Of a stretch of 17,519 bases of DNA, positions 8,082 through 15,829 are shown piece by piece. The stretch's first letter is position 1. Every line of letters starts with the position of its first letter. The notes under the pieces are model-generated. The model searched no databases. It had not been told where the DNA came from and was given only the letters and a program-made list of their open reading frames with translations. Both the position numbers and the translations under genes were made by a program. The DNA comes from Chthoniobacteraceae bacterium (lineage in GTDB: Bacteria > Verrucomicrobiota > Verrucomicrobiia > Chthoniobacterales > Chthoniobacteraceae): the NCBI GenBank assembly GCA_031409655.1, contig JANNXQ010000024.1, positions 1 to 17,519 on the forward strand. Direction: 5' to 3'.

Positions 8082-8953
8082 GGGGTGGTGGTTGGAAAGG
8101 CTTCGGTAAGTGCCGCGAGGTCGTCCGCGGAAAGGGTGAGCGAGGCGGCGGCCATGTTGTCTTCGAGGTGAACGAGTGACGTGGTGCCTGGGATGCAGAT
8201 CACATTCGGCGCACGGTGGAGCAGCCAGGCGAGTGCGAGTTGGCCCGGCGTGGCGCTGAGGCGTGAAGCGATCAGGGCCAGTTCCGCATCGGCCGCGAGT
8301 GGCGCGTGGGGGGAAAAGGGTTTTGCGGCCAGCGGACCCCACGGGAGATACGCGACGCCGTGCGCGGTGCAGTAATCGAGCACGGCGTCATCGCCGCGCT
8401 CAGCGAGGTTGTAGCGGTTTTGCACGGAGGCGATCGGGACGATGGCGCGGGCTTCCTCGACTTGCGCGAGGGAGACATTCGAGAGACCGACGTGTGCGAT
8501 CTTTCCCTCTGCCCGAAGCTGCGCGAGCGCGCCGACACTCTCGGCGAAGGGCACGTCGGGATCGGGGCGGTGGAGTTGGTAAAGCGGGATGCGCTCGAGC
8601 TTCAGTCGGCGGAGGCTGTCTTCGCAACGCTGGCGCAGGATCTCAGTGCGACCGTCGGGGAAGACTTTGTCCGGCGCGGTTTTCTCGACGCCGCCCTTCG
8701 TGGTGATGAGCACGCCGGGCGGATACGGCGCGAGCGCGTCGGCGATCAGTTCTTCGTTCACGCCGGGGCCGTAAGCGTGCGCGGTGTCGATGAAGTTCAC
8801 CCCGAGTTCGACGGCGCGACGCAGCAGACGCTTGCCGGCATCCCAGTCCTTGTAAGGTCCGAAGTTTCCTGGCTGCCCGCAGAGACGCATCGCGCCGTAG
8901 CCGAGACGATGCACGGGCCATTCGCCGCCGATAAGGAAGGTGCTCGCGTTCAT
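8078..8953 (-). CDS. Aldo/keto reductase, 291 aa
   Basis: RLGYGAMRL, FIDTAHAYG (Asp, Tyr), ITTKGG (Lys), YQLHRPD (His), VGLSNV, SVQNRYN and IPGT: the AKR catalytic tetrad and NADPH-binding motifs. Confidence 0.93.
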   Translation of the reverse strand: MNASTFLIGGEWPVHRLGYGAMRLCGQPGNFGPYKDWDAGKRLLRRAVELGVNFIDTAHAYGPGVNEELIADALAPYPPGVLITTKGGVEKTAPDKVFPDGRTEILRQRCEDSLRRLKLERIPLYQLHRPDPDVPFAESVGALAQLRAEGKIAHVGLSNVSLAQVEEARAIVPIASVQNRYNLAERGDDAVLDYCTAHGVAYLPWGPLAAKPFSPHAPLAADAELALIASRLSATPGQLALAWLLHRAPNVICIPGTTSLVHLEDNMAAASLTLSADDLAALTEAFPTTTP

Positions 8954-8957
8954 AGAT

Positions 8958-11900
8958 TCAGAGGGCAGCGATCACGGGTTCCGTTGAAACTGCCGGAGGT
9001 GGAGCCTGGGGCGCTTTCGAGACGCGGACTTTCTTTCGCCCGAACTTCATCACCACCACATAGAAGACTGGCGTGAGCAGGAGGCCGAAGAACGTGACGC
9101 CGATCATTCCGGAGAACACCGCAACACCCATGGCGTGGCGCATCTCAGCTCCAGCGCCCTGGCTCGCGACGAGCGGCCAGACGCCGGCGATGAAGGCGAT
9201 GCTCGTCATGAGGATCGGACGCAGGCGCAGGCGCGCGGCTTCGACGGCGGCCTCGGCAGGAGTCGCTCCGTCGTCCTGTTTCACCTTTGCAAATTCCACG
9301 ATGAGGATCGCGTTCTTACAGGCGAGGCCGACGAGTACGATCAGGCCGATCTGGGTGAAGATGTTGTTGTCGCCATCGGTCAGCCAGACGCCGGTGAGCG
9401 CGGCGAGCAGGCAGAGCGGCACGATGAGGATGATCGCGATCGGCAGGCGGAAGCTCTCGTATTGCGCGGCGAGCACGAGGAAGACGAGGAGCAGACAGAG
9501 CGGGTAAATGTACACCGCGGTGTTACCCGCGAGGATTTTTTGGTAAGTCAGCTCGGTCCATTCGGGCGTCATGCCTTTCGGCAAAGTCTCGGCGGCGAGC
9601 TTTGACATGATGGCCTCGGCCTGGCCGGAGCTGTAGCCGGGTGCGGGGGCGCTATTGATCTCGGCGGAGAGGTAACTGTTGTAATGCATCGCGCGGTCCG
9701 GGCCGCTGCCTTCGCGCACTTTGATGAGCGTACCGAGCGGGACCATCTCGCCGGTGATGTTGCGCACTTTCAGCCGCACGATGTCCTCGGCGCGTTTGCG
9801 GAATTTTGCGTCGGCCTGGACCACGACCTGATAGGCGCGCCCGAAGCGGTTGAAGTCATTCACATAGACGGAGCCGAGATACACCTGGAGCGCCTGCGAG
9901 ATTTCCGACTTGGTCACGCCGAGTGCGCTCGCCTTCGTCCAGTCCACATCCGCAAAGAGCTGCGGGGTATTCACGGTGAAGCTGGTGAAGGTCTGGAAGG
10001 GATCGAGCCCGGGCGTCTGGCGCGCCTTATTGATCAGATCGTTCGTGGCGTTGGAGAGCGCGTTGTAACCAAGCGCGGCGCGGTCTTCGATCTGGAGCTT
10101 GAAACCTCCGATGGTGCCGATGCCATTCACCGGCGGCGGCGGCACGCAGGCGATGAAGGCGTCCTTGATCGCACCGAACTGCATATTCAAAGCCTGCGCG
10201 ATCGCGGGCCCGGAGAGGTCCGGCGTGGTGCGCTCTTCAAAGGGCTTCAACCCGACGAAGACGACGCCGGCGTTCGAGCTGTTGGTGAAGCCATTGATCG
10301 AGAGTCCGGGGAACGCGACTGCATCCAGCACGCCGGGATGCGCGAGCGCAATCGCACTCATCCGGCGGATCACGTCATCGGCGCGGTCGAGCGACGCGGC
10401 CTCGGGGAGTTGTGCAAAGGCGACAAGATATTGCTTGTCCTGCACGGGCACGAAGCCAGCGGGCACTTTGTCGAAGAGCTTGGCGGTGAGGAAAAGGAGG
10501 CCGCCGTAGAGAATCAGCGCGACGACCGCGAAGCGGATGATGCGCGCGACGGCGCGACGGTAACCGTTCGCGGCCCAGTCGAAGAAGCGATTGAAGGGAC
10601 GGAAGAACCAACCCAGCGCGAAATCGAGGACGCGCGTGAACCCATCTTTTTTCTCCTGATGACCGCGCAGGAGCAGCGCGCAGAGCGCCGGACTGAGGGT
10701 CAGCGAGTTGAAGGCCGAGATGACCGTGCTGATCGCGATGGTGAGCGCGAACTGTTTGTAAAACTGTCCCGTGAGTCCGCTGATGAACGCGGTCGGCACG
10801 AAGACCGCGCAGAGCACCAGCGCAGTGGCCACGATCGGACCGGTGACTTCCTGCATCGCGCGCCTCGTCGCGGCGAGCGGATCGAGTCCGGTGGCGATAT
10901 TCCGCTCCACATTTTCCACCACCACGATTGCGTCATCCACGACGATGCCGATGGCCAGCACGAGGCCGAAGAGCGAGAGCGCATTGATGGAAAATCCAAA
11001 CGCCGCCATGACCGCAAAGGTGCCGATGAGCGACACCGGCACCGCAGCCAGCGGGATGATCGAGGCGCGCCACGTCTGGAGGAAGACGATGACCACGATG
11101 ACCACGAGCACGATCGCTTCGAGCAGGGTGATGACCACCGACTCGATGGAGCGCCGCACGAAGACCGTGGGATCGTACACCACCGCGTAGTCGAGCCCCT
11201 GCGGGAAGTCTTCCTTCAGCCGCGCCATCGCCGCGCGCACGTCGGTCGAGAGCTGTATGGCATTCGAGCCGGGCTGCTGGAAGATCGGGAGGGCGACGGC
11301 GCTCTTGTTATTCAGCAGGCTGCGCAGGCTGTATTCGCTCGCGCCGAGTTCGATCCGCGCCACGTCGCGCAACTTCACCAGCTCCCCGTTCGGCCCTTTC
11401 TTGATGATGATGCGGCCAAATTCCTCCTCCCCGACGAGCCGACCCTTGGCATTGATGATGAGCTGCGTCTCGAGTTTTCCATCGAGGGGCTGCCCGCCGA
11501 TGCCACCCGCGGCGACCTGCGCATTCTGCCCCTGGATCGCGAGCACGATGTCGCCCGCGGTGATGGCGCGCGCGGCGATTTTGTCGGGATCGAGCCAGAC
11601 GCGCATCGAGTAATCGCCCGAGCCGAAGACCTGCACCTGGCCGACGCCGGGGATGCGCGCGAGCACGTCCTTCACTTGGAGCGTGGCGTAGTTGCGCACG
11701 TAGATGTCGTCGTAGCGCCCCTCCGGCGAGAGGAGGTGGACGACCATCGTGAGGTCGGGCGAACTCTTCAGCGTGGTCACGCCGAGGCGGCGCACTTCCT
11801 CGGGCAGACGCGGCTCGGCTTGTGCCACGCGGTTCTGCACCTGCACCTGCGCCTTATCGAGATCGGTGCCGAGTTTGAAGGTGACGGTGAGCGTCATCAC

Positions 11901-12164
11901 GCCGTCGGCGGTGGCCTGCGACGCCATGTAGATGCTGTTCTCGACGCCGTTGATTTCCTTTTCCAGCGGCGTGGAGACGGTCTCCGCGATGACCTCCGGA
12001 CTCGCACCCGGATAGATCGCGCGGACGACCACGGTGGGCGGCGCGACCTCCGGATATTCGCTGACCGGCAGGCGGAAAAGCGAGATGCCGCCGACGAGCA
12101 CGAGCAGCACGGAGAGCACTCCGGCAAAGATCGGCCGCGTGATGAAGAACTGGCTGAAGTTCAC
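8958..12164 (-). CDS. HAE1-family RND efflux permease (MexF/OqxB/BpeF-like), pump A, 1068 aa, GTG start
   Basis: MNFSQFFITRPIFAGVLSV, GIVVDDAIVVVENVER, GLACKNAILIVEFAK and RLRPILMTS. Starts 12 bp after the adaptor stop. Confidence 0.96.
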   Translation of the reverse strand: MNFSQFFITRPIFAGVLSVLLVLVGGISLFRLPVSEYPEVAPPTVVVRAIYPGASPEVIAETVSTPLEKEINGVENSIYMASQATADGVMTLTVTFKLGTDLDKAQVQVQNRVAQAEPRLPEEVRRLGVTTLKSSPDLTMVVHLLSPEGRYDDIYVRNYATLQVKDVLARIPGVGQVQVFGSGDYSMRVWLDPDKIAARAITAGDIVLAIQGQNAQVAAGGIGGQPLDGKLETQLIINAKGRLVGEEEFGRIIIKKGPNGELVKLRDVARIELGASEYSLRSLLNNKSAVALPIFQQPGSNAIQLSTDVRAAMARLKEDFPQGLDYAVVYDPTVFVRRSIESVVITLLEAIVLVVIVVIVFLQTWRASIIPLAAVPVSLIGTFAVMAAFGFSINALSLFGLVLAIGIVVDDAIVVVENVERNIATGLDPLAATRRAMQEVTGPIVATALVLCAVFVPTAFISGLTGQFYKQFALTIAISTVISAFNSLTLSPALCALLLRGHQEKKDGFTRVLDFALGWFFRPFNRFFDWAANGYRRAVARIIRFAVVALILYGGLLFLTAKLFDKVPAGFVPVQDKQYLVAFAQLPEAASLDRADDVIRRMSAIALAHPGVLDAVAFPGLSINGFTNSSNAGVVFVGLKPFEERTTPDLSGPAIAQALNMQFGAIKDAFIACVPPPPVNGIGTIGGFKLQIEDRAALGYNALSNATNDLINKARQTPGLDPFQTFTSFTVNTPQLFADVDWTKASALGVTKSEISQALQVYLGSVYVNDFNRFGRAYQVVVQADAKFRKRAEDIVRLKVRNITGEMVPLGTLIKVREGSGPDRAMHYNSYLSAEINSAPAPGYSSGQAEAIMSKLAAETLPKGMTPEWTELTYQKILAGNTAVYIYPLCLLLVFLVLAAQYESFRLPIAIILIVPLCLLAALTGVWLTDGDNNIFTQIGLIVLVGLACKNAILIVEFAKVKQDDGATPAEAAVEAARLRLRPILMTSIAFIAGVWPLVASQGAGAEMRHAMGVAVFSGMIGVTFFGLLLTPVFYVVVMKFGRKKVRVSKAPQAPPPAVSTEPVIAAL

Positions 12165-12176
12165 AGGAATGCGGGA

Positions 12177-13328
12177 TTACTTCGCTGCGACGGTGGCGCT
12201 GAGTTCCTCGGGCTTGGCCGGTTCGGGCACGACGGGCGCGCCGGGGCGGGCGCGCTGGAGACCGTTCACGATCACGCTGTCGCTGGCGGCGAGGCCGGTG
12301 CGGATGACGCGCTGATCGCCGATCAGCGGCCCGACTTCCACGGGCTTGTACTCGGTGATGTTATTGGGTCCGACCGTGAGCAGAAATTTGCGCCCTTGAT
12401 CCGTGCCGACCGCGCGCTCCGTCACGAGCAGTGCCTGATATTTCGGCCCAGCCGGAATCCGCAGCCGCACAAAGGAACCGGGCCGCAACGTGCCATCGGC
12501 ATTTGGAAACTCCGCGCGCAGGAGGATGCTGCCGGTCGAGCCCTGGATGCGATTGTCGAAGGACTCGATCTTCCCCTCGTGCGGGTAACCGCTCTCGCCG
12601 TCGAGCTGCATCTCGGCGGGCGTCCCATTGTCGGAAAGGTGCGTCGCTTTGCCCGCGGTCGTGAGGCGCTGGTAACGGAGGAAGGTCGTCTCATCGACAT
12701 CGGCATAGACATGCACGGGGTCCATGCGGACGAGCGTGGTGAGCAGCGTGGTGAAGCCCGCGACTCCGCTGACGTAATTGCCCGCGGTCACAAGTTCGCG
12801 GCTCACACGGCCGGCGATCGGCGCGCGCACGGTGCAGAATTCCACATCGAGCGCCGCTGCCTTCCGCGCAGCCTGCGAGACGCCGATGCCGGCGGACGCT
12901 TCTTCAAAAGCGCGCCGCTGCTTGTCCGCCTCCTCGGTGGACATCGTCTTGCTGACCGACAGCCGCTCGGCGCGCTCGGCCTCGCTCTTGGCCCACTTCA
13001 GCCGCGTCTCCGCTTGATTCAGCTCCGCCTCCGCGCGGTCCAGCACAGCCTGAAAGGGCCGGGCATCGATCGTGAAAAGCACGTCGCCCTTTTGCACGAG
13101 TTCGCCGGATTTGAAATGCACGCGATCGACGTAGCCGGACACGCGCGGCCGAATCTCGACGGACTCCGAAGCCTCGATGCGCCCGGTGAATTCATCCCAG
13201 TCCTGAATCTCGCGCTGCACCGGCGGCGCGACACTCACCGGCATCGCGCCGAATTGCGGCGGACCGCCCTTGGGTTTTGAGCAGCCCGCACAAAGCGCGA
13301 GCAGCAGGAGTAAGTGGAGTGGCTTCAT
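12177..13328 (-). CDS. RND periplasmic adaptor (membrane fusion protein, MexE/OqxA-like), lipoprotein, 383 aa
   Basis: Start ATG 13328 overlaps the glycosylase stop (ATGA). MKPLHLLLLLALCAGC lipobox; DWDEFTGR, VEIRPRVSGY and VGTDQG motifs. Confidence 0.95.
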   Translation of the reverse strand: MKPLHLLLLLALCAGCSKPKGGPPQFGAMPVSVAPPVQREIQDWDEFTGRIEASESVEIRPRVSGYVDRVHFKSGELVQKGDVLFTIDARPFQAVLDRAEAELNQAETRLKWAKSEAERAERLSVSKTMSTEEADKQRRAFEEASAGIGVSQAARKAAALDVEFCTVRAPIAGRVSRELVTAGNYVSGVAGFTTLLTTLVRMDPVHVYADVDETTFLRYQRLTTAGKATHLSDNGTPAEMQLDGESGYPHEGKIESFDNRIQGSTGSILLRAEFPNADGTLRPGSFVRLRIPAGPKYQALLVTERAVGTDQGRKFLLTVGPNNITEYKPVEVGPLIGDQRVIRTGLAASDSVIVNGLQRARPGAPVVPEPAKPEELSATVAAK

Positions 13329-13960
13329 GAATTCTTGGGCTTCTTTTCCTTCGCAGCGTCGGCGGCGCGCCAGAGGAACCACGCCGCAGTGGTCCCATGC
13401 GGGCGCCAGCGTTCGCCGAGTGCGAGGAGTTCTTTCGGGCGCGGCATTTCCGCGAGGCCGAAGGCGACGCGGTAACCGCTGCGCGCGCCGAAGTCGTCGA
13501 CTGGCAGCACGTCGGGACGTCCAAGTTTGAAGATCAGCAGCATCTCGACGGTCCAGCGTCCGACCCCGCGGACTTGCACCAGCCGCTCGATGATCTCCGT
13601 GTCGGACATTTTCAGGATTGCCCGTGACGTCGGCACCGTGCCATCGAGCGTCCTGGCGGCGATGTCGCGGATCGCCGCGATCTTCGCCCGCGAAAATCCC
13701 GCCCCGCGCAACGCCTCGTCGCTCACAGTCGCGATTTGTTCCGGCGAGGGAAACTTCCTTCCCGGAAAGAGCGCGCGGAACCGGCCGAGAATCGTCTCCG
13801 CAGCCGTGCCGTTGAGTTGCTGATGCGCGACCGCGCTCACGAGCGACTCAAAGGGCGAGCGCCGCGCCTCCGGCACGAGCCTGCACGGCCCGTGCGCCTT
13901 GATGAGACGGCGCATCACAGGACAGCGTTTGCTCAAGTGCGCGTGCGCTTCCGGCGTCAT
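13325..13960 (-). CDS. DNA-3-methyladenine glycosylase II family (AlkA-like, HhH-GPD, stand-alone catalytic domain), 211 aa
   Basis: C-terminal part of track ORF 13325..14821; start ATG 13960 overlaps the upstream stop. PFESLVSAVAHQQL, LRGAGFSRAK, helix-hairpin-helix LVQVRGVGRWTVEM, catalytic PVDD and ERWRP. Confidence 0.92.
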   Translation of the reverse strand: MTPEAHAHLSKRCPVMRRLIKAHGPCRLVPEARRSPFESLVSAVAHQQLNGTAAETILGRFRALFPGRKFPSPEQIATVSDEALRGAGFSRAKIAAIRDIAARTLDGTVPTSRAILKMSDTEIIERLVQVRGVGRWTVEMLLIFKLGRPDVLPVDDFGARSGYRVAFGLAEMPRPKELLALGERWRPHGTTAAWFLWRAADAAKEKKPKNS

Positions 13961-14973
13961 GCGAGGTCGTTTTCGAGGACGATGCGGTAGCGGGCCTTGC
14001 CGCTCTTCAAGTGCTCGAGCGCGTCGTTCACTTTCGACATCGGGAAAAATTCCGTAGTCGGTGCGATGCCGTGGCGCGCGGCGAAGTCGAGCATCGTGGC
14101 CACGGTCGAAGGACTCCCGAGCGGCGAGCCGGAGAGCGACTTCTGGCCCATGATGAGCGGGAACGCGGCGAGGCTGATCGGTTCGAGTACGGCGCCGACG
14201 GTGTGGAGTTTTCCGCGCGGTGCGAGCGCGCCGATCAGCGCCTGCCAGTCGAGGCTCACATTGACCGTGGAAATGATCGCGTTGAGCGACCCGGAGAGCA
14301 TTTTCAGATCGTCGGCGTTGCGCGAATGGACCACGCGATGCGCGCCGAGGCTCAGCGCTTCCTCGCGCTTCGATTCGCTGGAGGTGAAGGCGACGACTTC
14401 GCAGCCCCAGGCGCGGAGGAATTTCAGCGCCATGTGTCCGAGCCCGCCGATCCCGATCACACCCACGCGATCCGTCGGCTTGATGCCGAGTTGCACGATC
14501 GGATTGAAGACCGTGATGCCCCCGCAGAAGAGCGGGCCCGCTTTCGCCGGATCGAGCCCCGCCGGCAGCGGCGTAGCCCAGGCCCAGTGCGCACGCACGT
14601 GCGTGGCAAAGCCGCCGTGGCGCTGCACGATCGTGCCCTCGGCCGTGGCGCAGAGATTCTGATCGCCGCCGAGACACTGCGGGCAAGACATGCAACTCCC
14701 GGAGTTCCATCCCAGCCCCACGACCTGCCCGACTTTGAGATTCTTCGCGTGCGGACCGACTGCCGTGATCTTGCCCACCACTTCGTGTCCTGCGACGAGC
14801 GGGTAGGCCGACATGCCCCACTCATTGTCGAGCATCGAGAGATCGGAGTGGCAGATGCCACAATGCGACACCGCGATCTCCACGTGCTCGTCACCGAGCG
14901 GGCCAGGTTCGTATTCAAAAGGCGTCAGCGGTGTTTTAGGCGCGGTGGCGGCGAGGGCTTTGATGATGCTCAT
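13957..14973 (-). CDS. ahr: Zn-dependent NADPH aldehyde reductase (Ahr/YjgB, cinnamyl-alcohol dehydrogenase family), 338 aa
   Basis: CGICHSDLSMLDNEWG, YPLVAGHEVVG, structural Zn site CMSCPQC..C, GPLFCGGITVF, GIGGLGH and GKARYRIVL. Closely follows E. coli Ahr as recalled. Confidence 0.9.
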   Translation of the reverse strand: MSIIKALAATAPKTPLTPFEYEPGPLGDEHVEIAVSHCGICHSDLSMLDNEWGMSAYPLVAGHEVVGKITAVGPHAKNLKVGQVVGLGWNSGSCMSCPQCLGGDQNLCATAEGTIVQRHGGFATHVRAHWAWATPLPAGLDPAKAGPLFCGGITVFNPIVQLGIKPTDRVGVIGIGGLGHMALKFLRAWGCEVVAFTSSESKREEALSLGAHRVVHSRNADDLKMLSGSLNAIISTVNVSLDWQALIGALAPRGKLHTVGAVLEPISLAAFPLIMGQKSLSGSPLGSPSTVATMLDFAARHGIAPTTEFFPMSKVNDALEHLKSGKARYRIVLENDLA

Positions 14974-14993
14974 GATGATTGGATGTGGATACG

Positions 14994-15011
14994 ATTAGAC
15001 CAGTCGTCTAG
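14994..15011. promoter_or_regulatory. TetR operator, copy 2 (ATTAGACCAGTCGTCTAG), 20 bp upstream of the ahr start
   Basis: Palindrome TAGAC-N5-GTCTA; 18/18 identical to the copy at 15637-15654; resembles the NemR box TAGACC-N4-GGTCTA. Confidence 0.85.
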
Positions 15012-15026
15012 TTGCGTTGGCGGAAA

Positions 15027-15623
15027 CTAGACCGGGGAGAGGTAATTGCGGATGAACTGCGCCGCCGAGCGGATCGGTGCGACCGTCCGCTCGAGCTGGC
15101 AGCGCTGGCTCGCGCCCATCCAGAGGTCGCTGATCAGCCCCGCCGTCTCCGCCGGATTGAGCTTCTTGCGGATGACGCCCTTCTTCTGCCCCTCGACGAT
15201 CACCTGCTCAAAAATCCCGCTCCATTCGCGCATCCCATCAGCCAGCACCGCGCGCATCGGATCACTGAACGTCGCGACCTCCGAAGCGAGCTTCGAGACG
15301 AGGCACGCACACTGGCAATCCTTCTCCAGCAGATGCGCAGAGGAGAGGTCGATGAAGGCCATGAGCCGGAGAAAAGGGTTTGGTTCCTGATCCGTGGTGA
15401 GGAGCAGCTTCCGCTTCCACTCCGACGCTTCATTCACGTAGTGCCGCAGCAACTCGACCCCAAACTGCTCCTTCGATTGAAAGTAGTGATAGAACGACCC
15501 TTTCGGCACCTTCACCGCCGCCAGGATTTCCGCGAGCCCCACGGAGTGAAAGCTCTTCGCGAGCATGATCTCCTCGGCGGCTTCGAGGATGCGTTCCTTG
15601 GTGGTGGCGGCGGTGACGGACAT
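15027..15623 (-). CDS. TetR/AcrR-family repressor, NemR-like, 198 aa (alternative GTG start at 15632)
   Basis: HTH TKERILEAAEEIMLAKSFHSVGLAEILAAVKVPKGSFYHYFQSKEQFG. Ligand domain CLVSKLASEV resembles NemR CLTVKLSAEV. NemR-type boxes lie on both sides of the gene. Confidence 0.92.
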   Translation of the reverse strand: MSVTAATTKERILEAAEEIMLAKSFHSVGLAEILAAVKVPKGSFYHYFQSKEQFGVELLRHYVNEASEWKRKLLLTTDQEPNPFLRLMAFIDLSSAHLLEKDCQCACLVSKLASEVATFSDPMRAVLADGMREWSGIFEQVIVEGQKKGVIRKKLNPAETAGLISDLWMGASQRCQLERTVAPIRSAAQFIRNYLSPV

Positions 15624-15634
15624 TGACGGCACCT

Positions 15635-15663
15635 GAATTAGACCAGTCGTCTAGCGCGGTCAA
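15635..15663 (-). promoter_or_regulatory. Putative sigma70 promoter of the repressor/operon, with TetR operator copy 1 (15637-15654) in the spacer
   Basis: Minus strand reads TTGACC-17 bp-TAATTC. The operator palindrome fills the spacer and overlaps the -10 element, a classic autorepression layout. The -10 is non-ideal. Confidence 0.65.
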
Positions 15664-15741
15664 CGGCGATTTTTCCAGGCCGTGCTTTTCCGGCATCCGA
15701 GGAAGACGCTCGCTCATCTCGGAATTGCCCCACGCGCATCC

Positions 15742-15770
15742 TTGCAATCCACACATCCGCTTTTCATCAT
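15742..15770 (+). promoter_or_regulatory. Possible sigma70 promoter of the superoxide dismutase gene
   Basis: TTGCAA-17 bp-CATCAT, ending 59 bp before the ATG; motif match only. Confidence 0.35.
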
Positions 15771-15829
15771 CGCTGCGTAAAAGAAACACGGCAGCGCACA
15801 CCGCGTAGCCACAACCCGAGAACTCAACT

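Noticed and set aside
5679..8171. 830-aa + strand ORF spanning several genes and the REP doublet
   Set aside because: Antisense to well-supported genes, with no domain signal.
190..12180. 11-bp match TGCGGGATTAC in two intergenic regions (190-200 and 12170-12180)
   Set aside because: Matches of this length are expected by chance in 17.5 kb; not palindromic and not at a consistent distance from the start codons.
9684..13280. 1198-aa + strand ORF
   Set aside because: Antisense shadow of pump A. Its resemblance to the 1088-aa ORF only reflects paralogy of the real genes.
15696..15723. TCCGAG-N16-CTCGGA inverted repeat between the repressor and sodA
   Set aside because: Six-bp arms, single copy and no match to a motif I recognise.
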